A stretch of 42,074 nt of DNA from Candidatus Nanohaloarchaea archaeon (lineage in GTDB: Archaea; EX4484-52; GLR71): positions 1 to 42,074 of the forward strand of contig WTCB01000067.1 of assembly GCA_013138765.1 (NCBI GenBank). Reading direction: 5' to 3'. A model generated the notes under the pieces. The model made no database searches, was not told where the DNA came from, and was given only the letters and a program-made list of their open reading frames with translations. Every line of letters begins with the position of its first letter. Position 1 is the first letter of the stretch. The position numbers and the translations under genes were made by a program. Below, piece after piece: positions 33,024-40,370 of the stretch.

Positions 33024-35828
33024 ATGAAATTAGGATGTTTATTGTTTATTTTTATGTCCTTGCTATCTCTTGGAAATGTTGTATATGCAGTTCCAGCATT
33101 TAATGATGTCTCAGTTCAGACTCCTGAGATTTGGCTTGGTGAGAGTGAAACCATCTTTGTTAATTGCAGTGATGATAATTCAACAATATCAAATGTCTAT
33201 GCAGACATAAGTACTGCAAGTGCATTGTTTCCGGGCAATTCTTTTGTGCAAGATGCGGATGGCCTGCATTATCTTGTAATATCAACAGAGGCACAATCTA
33301 ACTTTAATAAAGTTGGGTTGTTTGACGTAATTGTATATTGTGAAAATGAGCTTGGTGATTCAGTAAATACTTCTGTTTCATTTACTGTGTCGAATTTAAG
33401 TATTGAGATAAGCAGTATGGAGTCTTCTATTTATATAGGCGATATAACAGAGGTTGATGTATTTCTCAGAAAAGATGGAAATTCTATAACTTCAGATGAT
33501 ATCAGTTTTAAAGTATTTAAGGGTGATTCAGAAGTTGTGTTACTTCCGCAGCCTTATTATGATTTTGAAAAAGGATGGGTCTTAAAATTTTCAACAGATA
33601 CTTTCAGTTCCGGCAGTGATATATTTTCTATAGCCGCTAATTATTCAGGGAGTGAAATATCTTTTGGTAAGGTGGTCAATGTGTATGATCCTGTTGATTT
33701 TTCTATTTTAGATGTTGATGATGAATTGGTGACTTTTGATGAGATTATCACAGTCATGGTCAAAGCAACAGATCGTGGTGATTCTATAAATATAGATGAA
33801 AATCAGATATCTGTCCGTATCGGGTCGACAAGTGTAAGTGTCTCGGAGGTATTGTCAGCATCAGCAAGTGGTGCATATGACATAATATTTACGGCACCGT
33901 CATTATCTTTCGGGAAACAGACACTTAAAGTTTATTTTGAGTACGGCAATTATTCGTTATCTGATTCTGAAAGCGTGGTCTATGTAATTCCTGCTTCCGG
34001 AGTATTATTTTCAGATACGGACAATAAACATGTCGTTGATATGAAGTTTAGTTCTGATGATTTTAGCACGGATGTCAGAACTGATAATGACGGAAAATAT
34101 TCATTATCATTTCCTCCCGAGACTTATGATGTACAACTTAAAGATGATTTTTCTACACTTGATATATATGATGTTGAAATAGATGAGTTTGATGATGCTA
34201 TAAAATATCAATCATTGTCATCAACTAGTGTGATTGGTGTTTCAGGACAAGGCATATTTTATTATGCAATTGCACCTGAATTAGATTATGGCTATGCCAG
34301 CCTGAAAATCAGGTATGACCCTACTAAAATCAATGATATCTATTCAATGGAAACATATATCTGCAATGAATGGGATACGGGAAATAAGCGTTGCGGTTCT
34401 GAATGGGCTGCCATTGATTCTGAGGTTGATAGTCTTAGAAAGACTGCAACAGTTGATGATGCTGCGCTTAATGCTGCATACATTGTGGGAAATAAAGATA
34501 CTTTAAATGTTGGAGCAACTATTGATAAAGAGATATATAACATCAAAGAGGATATAAAAATAACAGGGCTCAGTCAGGATAGTACAAGAATTATAGTATC
34601 TGACGTCATGGTTTCTGCATCAATAGCGGGTACATCAATTTCTGCATCAGCAGTGTCTGATACAAAAGGGCTGTTTTCTTTCAGCATACAAAATCCTAGA
34701 CAAGAGGGCAATTATACACTTGCTGTAAATATGTCTAAAGATCCTTTTATCTCAGCACAAAAAATAATTAATTTTGAGGTTGTCAAGAAAAAAGAGGTTG
34801 CAATTGTGGCTCCTGATACGATCAGGCTGTCTTCAGGCGAATCTACCGAAGTTGAATTTTTAATAATAAATACGGGCGAATCAGATCTGTCAGATCTATC
34901 AATTTCATTAGCTAATATTCCGTTAAGTTATTATCAGATGATCTATCCGGATAATATTGATACTCTGAAAGAGTCTTCAGAGGTTTCAGCGGTTGTATAT
35001 TTTGATATACCTGACAATGCATCAAAAGAGATGATCAGTTCTTCATTTGAGTTAACGGGTTCTGATTTTTCTAAAAAACAGAATTTTGTGCTGAATATAC
35101 TTCTGCCAAAAAATGATAGTTTAGATGCATCATCAGTTTCATCAACAGTATCTGATTCTTTAACAAAAGTTTCAGTCTTAGATAAGATCTCATCAATTGG
35201 TATGCCTACGGGCAATTCAATATATCTTATGGCATCCAGTGAAGTTTTATCTGTTGCAATATTTACAATATTAACTTTCAGTACTGCACTTTTTTTCCGA
35301 AAACGAAGATTGGTAAATGCATATAATGTTAAATTAAGAGAGAGCAATAGATTGCTCATATTTAATATAAAAGAACATGTGTTCGGCATAAAAAAACAGA
35401 AAAGTTATGTTAATCCAAAGAGGGATAGGAAAAGTTTAAAGCAATTTAAAGATGATAAAGATGATAAAGATGATTTAAAGTATTCAGAAGATTCAAATGA
35501 TATCGTTGATACAAATGATACAAACGATGCCCTAACAAAATCAGAAGGTGCCATTATGTCTTCTGCGCCTTCAGATAAGGTTGCGGCAATACCTAAAAAT
35601 GATGCAGATGTTATTGATGATTCAAAAGAAGATATAAAAGATGGTACAAAAAAAGATACAAAATCTGTTTTAAAATTGGATCTTATAGCTGATATATATA
35701 CAAATCTGAATACTAAAATTAAGGATGCAAATGAGATGATAGAATCAGATGTCAATGAGGATAATGATAATGATGATAATATCTCTTCAAATGCGGATGT
35801 AGATGAATCTGAAAAAAGGGTGTTTTAA
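33024..35828 (+). CDS. 934-aa surface protein. It has a signal peptide, several Ig-like and carboxypeptidase-regulatory-like beta-sandwiches, a NEW3/CARDB-like domain, a TM (35244-35297) and a ~175-aa acidic, low-complexity cytoplasmic tail.
   Basis: The N-terminus is MKLGCLLFIFMSLLSLGNVVYA. GVLFSDTDNKHVVDMKF...TDNDGKYSLSFPPETYDV is CarboxypepD_reg-like. The TM is VLSVAIFTILTFSTALFF followed by RKRR. The tail is rich in D/K/N/S (KDDKDDKDD, NEDNDNDDN). Confidence 0.85.
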   Translation: MKLGCLLFIFMSLLSLGNVVYAVPAFNDVSVQTPEIWLGESETIFVNCSDDNSTISNVYADISTASALFPGNSFVQDADGLHYLVISTEAQSNFNKVGLFDVIVYCENELGDSVNTSVSFTVSNLSIEISSMESSIYIGDITEVDVFLRKDGNSITSDDISFKVFKGDSEVVLLPQPYYDFEKGWVLKFSTDTFSSGSDIFSIAANYSGSEISFGKVVNVYDPVDFSILDVDDELVTFDEIITVMVKATDRGDSINIDENQISVRIGSTSVSVSEVLSASASGAYDIIFTAPSLSFGKQTLKVYFEYGNYSLSDSESVVYVIPASGVLFSDTDNKHVVDMKFSSDDFSTDVRTDNDGKYSLSFPPETYDVQLKDDFSTLDIYDVEIDEFDDAIKYQSLSSTSVIGVSGQGIFYYAIAPELDYGYASLKIRYDPTKINDIYSMETYICNEWDTGNKRCGSEWAAIDSEVDSLRKTATVDDAALNAAYIVGNKDTLNVGATIDKEIYNIKEDIKITGLSQDSTRIIVSDVMVSASIAGTSISASAVSDTKGLFSFSIQNPRQEGNYTLAVNMSKDPFISAQKIINFEVVKKKEVAIVAPDTIRLSSGESTEVEFLIINTGESDLSDLSISLANIPLSYYQMIYPDNIDTLKESSEVSAVVYFDIPDNASKEMISSSFELTGSDFSKKQNFVLNILLPKNDSLDASSVSSTVSDSLTKVSVLDKISSIGMPTGNSIYLMASSEVLSVAIFTILTFSTALFFRKRRLVNAYNVKLRESNRLLIFNIKEHVFGIKKQKSYVNPKRDRKSLKQFKDDKDDKDDLKYSEDSNDIVDTNDTNDALTKSEGAIMSSAPSDKVAAIPKNDADVIDDSKEDIKDGTKKDTKSVLKLDLIADIYTNLNTKIKDANEMIESDVNEDNDNDDNISSNADVDESEKRVF

Positions 35829-38319
35829 AATTGAAGGAAAAAAGATTTTTATTTATTTGATATTATTATCATCCTTTTTGTTGTTGCCATTGATATATTC
35901 TCTTCAGCAGAATTTCATGGTCAATGGCAATTTTACCTCTGGCAGTTCTAGTGGGTGGTCATATTCTGAGGATGATCCTTTTGGAGCTGCAACATCAAAT
36001 TTTAATGAAACTGGAGGGGATGATAATCCGGGGGTCTGGTATTTTGAGGTCAATGATAGTTTGGCGGATACTGGGTATAATGTGATGGGTAATCTGACTA
36101 ATGATGGAGGGATTTGGTTAAATCCGGGAACTATCAATTCTGTGACTGTGCCATTTTCATATAAGCAGACCTGGAATATTGCAGCACCCGCAGTAAACCT
36201 TATCAAAGTATTTTTGATAAGACCTGACAGTTCAGAGGTCTTACTTTTTTCACGGTCGTCAACAGTTGATGATGCTAGCTATGCTTCTGAGTCTATTGAT
36301 GTTGGGATCAATAATTTTTCTGCGACTGGTACATACAAGATAAAGCTGTATAATTATGTTGAGACTGCAATATCTGAGATACCATTGATTCAAAATTTCT
36401 GGGATGATGTTGAGATAGTGGTTGATTATCAGGATGAAATTGCACCGGCAATAAGTGTTTCCTCACCATTAAATAAATCTTATGCAACTGATTCTCTTTG
36501 GGCAAACCTTACACTTGATGAAGACGGTTCATGGTGTGGGTATTCGCTTGATGGTGCAGCAAATGTCACTATGTCAAATACGTCTGGTAACTGGAACAGT
36601 CTTGTTTTTGGGCTATCTGATTCAAGCCATAATATTTTGTTTTCTTGCAATGATACGGCCGGCAATATGAATGCGTCAGGCGTTACTGTTTATTTTAGCG
36701 TTGATACCACATATCCAAAATATTTTTATAATCAGACAAATTCAACAGAAGTTGGTTCGGATGTCCTGTTCAGCCTTTACTGGACTGATAATGATCTTTT
36801 AGGTTATGTATTCTCATTTGATAATGGGACAGGTACATTTACAAATGATAGTTATGCGGGCATGACAGGTACCGGTAACTGGTCAAATGTGAGCAAGTGG
36901 GTCAATTCTACTGTCGGGTCTACAATCAGGTGGCAGGCATATTCAAATGATACGGCCGGCAATATGAATGCTTCTTTGATCTATAGTTTCATTACGGTCG
37001 ATTCAGTAGCTCCTGAGATAACAGTACAATCACCATTAAATAAAACATATGCAACTGATTCTCTCTGGGCAAACCTTACACTTGATGAAAACGGTTCATG
37101 GTGTGGGTATTCGCTTGATGGTGCAGCAAATGTCACCATGTCAAATACGTCTGGCAATTGGAACAGTTTAGTTGAAGGGTTATCCGATTCAAGCCATAAT
37201 ATTGTGTTTTCATGCAATGATACAGCAGGCAACATGAATGCTTCTATGGTTACAGTCTATTTTACAGTTGATACAGTTATCCCTACATTGTATCTATATT
37301 CTCCAGAGAATATTACCTATGACAATAAACAGATTGATCTTTTGGTCGGTGCTGATGAAAGTATAGATGTCTGGCAATATAGTCTTAATGGTGCATCAAA
37401 TGTTACATTTGAACCGAATACGACAATAACTGCTGTGTCCGGTCTGAATAATATCACAGTTTATGCGAATGATACCTCTGGAAATCTGAACAGCACTATA
37501 ATCTATTTTTCACTCAATACGACGCTTGAAGTTGCACTTATAGAACCAAGCACGTCGTTTGTTACAAACATTATACGAAATACACAGTTTATCGTAAATG
37601 CAACGGTTGTATGCCGTGAAGGAAATTGCGGTGATGTGTCTGCAACGGTGCGTTATAATAAGACATCATCTAACCCGGATAGTCCGATCAATATTACAGT
37701 TGGCGCTGAACCGTTCTTTATTGATGAAATGTCTCCACTATCTACAAAATCATGTTCAACAAATCCATTGTCGGAAGATGAATATTGCAATATTACATGG
37801 GTATTGAACGCTACTGATCCCAGTTTTGATCTATGGAAAATTGATGTTAATTTTAGTTCTGATTCTGGTTGGACTTATTTGAATAGTACACTATCATCTG
37901 AGATTGAGGTGGTGCCGTGTGTTGTTGACCTTACCGTCACATGGAATTCTGTTGATTTTGATAATCCACTTGTACCGAACACATATCAAAATCCAGCATT
38001 AGGTAATGGTGGTGATATGTATAATATAACAATAAATGAGGGTAGCTGTAATACTGACCTGTATATCAGAGGTACAGATATGGTCGGTAATGTGACAAAA
38101 TATATTTTAGGGGCAGGAAATCTTACATGGAGCAATAGTTCTAATCAGTATAGCACTTCTTATAACATGACTGAAACATATGCGCCGTTAAAGATTGATG
38201 TACCAGCAATTACAAATATTACAACATGGTACTGGGTTAATATACCACCAATATTTGCTGAATATTATAATGGGACTGTATTTATACAAGGTGTTAAAAA
38301 TGGAAATCCGCAACCATAA
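35803..38319 (+). CDS. 838-aa secreted protein. It has an N-terminal anchor/signal, a galactose-binding/CBM4_9-like jelly-roll (tentative), three Ig-like 'SP.N.TY....L......C.YSLDG..NVT' domains and Cys-containing C-terminal domains, with no C-terminal TM.
   Basis: ATG 35803 overlaps the upstream gene by 26 nt. The hydrophobic segment is IFIYLILLSSFLLLPLIYS. VNGNFTSGSSSGWSY ... NFWDDVEIVVD resembles the 'NG.FE.G...gW ... fDdv.l' edges of CBM4_9-type domains. Confidence 0.8.
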   Translation: MNLKKGCFKIEGKKIFIYLILLSSFLLLPLIYSLQQNFMVNGNFTSGSSSGWSYSEDDPFGAATSNFNETGGDDNPGVWYFEVNDSLADTGYNVMGNLTNDGGIWLNPGTINSVTVPFSYKQTWNIAAPAVNLIKVFLIRPDSSEVLLFSRSSTVDDASYASESIDVGINNFSATGTYKIKLYNYVETAISEIPLIQNFWDDVEIVVDYQDEIAPAISVSSPLNKSYATDSLWANLTLDEDGSWCGYSLDGAANVTMSNTSGNWNSLVFGLSDSSHNILFSCNDTAGNMNASGVTVYFSVDTTYPKYFYNQTNSTEVGSDVLFSLYWTDNDLLGYVFSFDNGTGTFTNDSYAGMTGTGNWSNVSKWVNSTVGSTIRWQAYSNDTAGNMNASLIYSFITVDSVAPEITVQSPLNKTYATDSLWANLTLDENGSWCGYSLDGAANVTMSNTSGNWNSLVEGLSDSSHNIVFSCNDTAGNMNASMVTVYFTVDTVIPTLYLYSPENITYDNKQIDLLVGADESIDVWQYSLNGASNVTFEPNTTITAVSGLNNITVYANDTSGNLNSTIIYFSLNTTLEVALIEPSTSFVTNIIRNTQFIVNATVVCREGNCGDVSATVRYNKTSSNPDSPINITVGAEPFFIDEMSPLSTKSCSTNPLSEDEYCNITWVLNATDPSFDLWKIDVNFSSDSGWTYLNSTLSSEIEVVPCVVDLTVTWNSVDFDNPLVPNTYQNPALGNGGDMYNITINEGSCNTDLYIRGTDMVGNVTKYILGAGNLTWSNSSNQYSTSYNMTETYAPLKIDVPAITNITTWYWVNIPPIFAEYYNGTVFIQGVKNGNPQP
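36442..36708 (+). repeat. Intragenic Ig-like domain repeat, copy 1 (89 aa)
   Basis: APAISVSSPLNKSYATDSLWANLTLDEDGSWCGYSLDGAANVTMSNTSGNWNSLVFGLSDSSHNILFSCNDTAGNMNASGVTVYFSVDT. It is about 91% identical at nucleotide level to copy 2 over the ~198 nt I aligned by hand (18 mismatches). Confidence 0.9.
37009..37275 (+). repeat. Intragenic Ig-like domain repeat, copy 2 (89 aa), exactly 567 nt downstream of copy 1
   Basis: APEITVQSPLNKTYATDSLWANLTLDENGSWCGYSLDGAANVTMSNTSGNWNSLVEGLSDSSHNIVFSCNDTAGNMNASMVTVYFTVDT. A third, much more diverged copy follows at ~37279-37540. Confidence 0.9.
38288..38293 (+). promoter_or_regulatory. Shine-Dalgarno-like AAGGTG
   Basis: It lies 6 nt upstream of ATG 38300, inside the 3' end of the 838-aa gene. 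Confidence 0.6.
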
Positions 38320-38980
38320 TCTGTTATTGGCTGCAATATTATTTGCAGCCATTATATTTTTGGAACCTGTGAGCGCATTTAATCTTGGTACTCTACAGAA
38401 ATCTGCAAGTCAGAATGTTACTTCGGGTGACACCATTTCGTTTGAACTTCTGTTCTGGAACATCTATGATGAGGGTTATGATGTTGTTTTAGAAAATGTT
38501 AAAGTACCTAAAGACTGGGTTGTCATTGTTGACCCTTCTTATTTTTATTTAGATAACAGGTCTTTTTTTGATGTTGAACATATATATATTCCCAGCATTA
38601 GAAAAACAATAAATGCATATCCTGTGACGGTTTATGTATCCGTTCCAAAAGCTGAAGCGTACGGGGATCATGAAATAGTATTGAAAGCTGTTGCGGGTCA
38701 AGGGGAGAGTCAATCAGGTTTTTCTTTGAAGCAGGAACGTCTGTTCTTTTTTGATGTTTTTGTGACAAAAGATTTATATCAGGATAGACCTAATGATGAT
38801 GCAGTAACTAAAAGTGTTTCTGTTGATATAAGCCCTATGATCTCGCATCAAGAACTGGGTGTGTCATCTACAGAAATATCATCTACTGATTTTTTATATC
38901 AACATATAAAAACGGGTATTATATTGATTAGTTTTGTTTTAATCTTAATTATTGCATGGAGGATATACGAATATGATTGA
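38300..38980 (+). CDS. 226-aa secreted, C-terminally TM-anchored NEW3/CARDB-like beta-sandwich protein
   Basis: The ORF-track start at 38195 would overlap the previous gene by 125 nt. ATG 38300 has an SD and gives a clean signal peptide (MEIRNHNLLLAAILFAAIIFLEPVSA|F). The C-terminal anchor is TGIILISFVLILIIAWRIYEYD. Confidence 0.8.
   Translation: MEIRNHNLLLAAILFAAIIFLEPVSAFNLGTLQKSASQNVTSGDTISFELLFWNIYDEGYDVVLENVKVPKDWVVIVDPSYFYLDNRSFFDVEHIYIPSIRKTINAYPVTVYVSVPKAEAYGDHEIVLKAVAGQGESQSGFSLKQERLFFFDVFVTKDLYQDRPNDDAVTKSVSVDISPMISHQELGVSSTEISSTDFLYQHIKTGIILISFVLILIIAWRIYEYD
38958..38962 (+). promoter_or_regulatory. Shine-Dalgarno-like GGAGG
   Basis: It lies 10 nt upstream of ATG 38973. That ATG overlaps the upstream stop codon (ATGATTGA). 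Confidence 0.55.
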
Positions 38981-40298
38981 CAAGAGATATCTTATTTTTT
39001 TTATTGGTATAATTGGTCTATCTGTTTTTTTTCAGGGTCAGCCATCAATTACTGGAAACATACTTTTAAGTGAAGTAAATGTATCTATAAATTCTTTTGA
39101 CAATGGCCAGATCAGTTATTTTAATTATCCCGATAGGATTACACAATATTCAAAGGTTAATATCGGTGCTGAATTTTTAAATACTGGAAGTACTTCATAT
39201 ACAAAAGAGATATTGTTGCAGATTGGTGTATATGGAGATAATATGACAGTTGTTGCAAACCGTACAGGGCTTACAGTGGTCATGAAACCCGGGGACAGAA
39301 GTTTTGATAAGTTAAGTTATACGCCACTCTATTATGGTTTTTATTGGATGCATCTGATTGTTTCATACGGAAATAAAACTGATGAGGCGTGGGGTACTTT
39401 TTATGTTGACCCATATTATATTATTGTGATACCACCTAACGTCACTGAAGATGATGGTCCCGGCGGCCCTTTAGATTCCGAAGCTATTTCAGGAGGTTCA
39501 GGAGATGAGTTAGGTTCTGAAGGGGGCATGAGCGATAGTTTAGATCTTGCTTCTTTGTTAGATTCTGGAATTTATGATACTGGAAGGACATTAGTTACAA
39601 TCTCAAATCCGGATAAGATATATGTACGTCCCGGTGAGTCAACCGCAGTTTATGTCATAGTAAATAATACGGGTACAATGACTTTGAGGAGGATGATGCT
39701 TTTACCGCGCAGTATGAGCGGAATTAAAGTTGATGCGCAACCGAGAAATATACAAATATTAAAAGGTACACAGTCGGCGATATTTATGATAACTGTCGAT
39801 GTTCCTGCTGACATTCTTAACCGTACATACCCATTGGATTTTAAGGTCTTGTTTGATAAGGGAAATCGTACAGGTCATGTTGATGTTGTTGTCGGTCCAC
39901 GTCTGGATGAAGACCTTATGGATACAATACTTAATTATAGATATATCATAACACGATTAAAAAGTGAAAGCGATACACTTTATTTTGACGGTAAAAACAC
40001 AAGTCTTCTTGAAAATTATATATCTTTAGCTGATTCTGATCTTGTAATTGCAAAAGATGATTATGATGTGGAGGATTATGATTCTGTTCGGGAGTACCTT
40101 AAGAGAACAAAATTGCATTTAGACGATGCTGTGCTTGAACTTGCGAGTCTAAGGAGTGAAACAATGATTATTGTGTTTGCACCCAATATCTGGCTTTTGA
40201 TTGTGCTGGCAATTACAATGATTACGGCGATAGGTGTAGTCTATGCACATAGACATAATCTGAAAAAAGTTGTTAAAGAAGCAGAGGACGGAATTTAG
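38973..40298 (+). CDS. 441-aa surface protein. It has a signal peptide, a CARDB-like domain, a G/D/S/E linker, a NEW3/CARDB-like domain, a helical stalk and a C-terminal TM.
   Basis: The N-terminus is MIDKRYLIFFIGIIGLSVFFQG. The linker is TEDDGPGGPLDSEAISGGSGDELGSEGG. The TM is IIVFAPNIWLLIVLAITMITAIGVVYA followed by HRHNLKK. The stop is TAG at 40296-40298. Confidence 0.8.
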   Translation: MIDKRYLIFFIGIIGLSVFFQGQPSITGNILLSEVNVSINSFDNGQISYFNYPDRITQYSKVNIGAEFLNTGSTSYTKEILLQIGVYGDNMTVVANRTGLTVVMKPGDRSFDKLSYTPLYYGFYWMHLIVSYGNKTDEAWGTFYVDPYYIIVIPPNVTEDDGPGGPLDSEAISGGSGDELGSEGGMSDSLDLASLLDSGIYDTGRTLVTISNPDKIYVRPGESTAVYVIVNNTGTMTLRRMMLLPRSMSGIKVDAQPRNIQILKGTQSAIFMITVDVPADILNRTYPLDFKVLFDKGNRTGHVDVVVGPRLDEDLMDTILNYRYIITRLKSESDTLYFDGKNTSLLENYISLADSDLVIAKDDYDVEDYDSVREYLKRTKLHLDDAVLELASLRSETMIIVFAPNIWLLIVLAITMITAIGVVYAHRHNLKKVVKEAEDGI

Positions 40299-40316
40299 TT
40301 TTGTGTTATTGGTCCT

Positions 40317-40334
40317 GTATTGAATAATCAATAC
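40317..40334. promoter_or_regulatory. Perfect inverted repeat GTATTGA-ATAA-TCAATAC (7-bp arms, 4-nt spacer)
   Basis: Read directly. It lies 19 nt after the 441-aa gene's stop and a T-rich run (TAGTTTTGTGTTATT), and directly upstream of a TATA-like box. It could be a weak terminator hairpin or a dimeric regulator site. Confidence 0.35.
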
Positions 40335-40338
40335 AAAC

Positions 40339-40348
40339 AAATTTAAGA
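40339..40348 (+). promoter_or_regulatory. TATA-like box AAATTTAAGA
   Basis: It is centred about 27 nt upstream of ATG 40371, which has no SD-like sequence. This is consistent with a leaderless or near-leaderless archaeal transcript. Confidence 0.3.
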
Positions 40349-40370
40349 GATTATAGTTTAATTATATATT

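Noticed and set aside
34943-35755. 148-aa and 116-aa minus-strand ORFs opposite the 3' end of the 934-aa gene
   Set aside because: They lie opposite a GAT/GAA/AAA-rich acidic tail, whose reverse complement (ATC/TTC/TTT) lacks stop codons. Their products are Ser/Phe/Ile low-complexity.
38195-38299. The ORF-track start at 38195 for the 226-aa gene. Similarly TTG 38952 for the next gene, GTG 31663, GTG 32236 and ATG 33018.
   Set aside because: Downstream ATGs at 38300, 38973, 31672, 32245 and 33024 have SD-like sites at proper spacing and/or give clean signal peptides. The longer versions add non-hydrophobic extensions that overlap the upstream genes.
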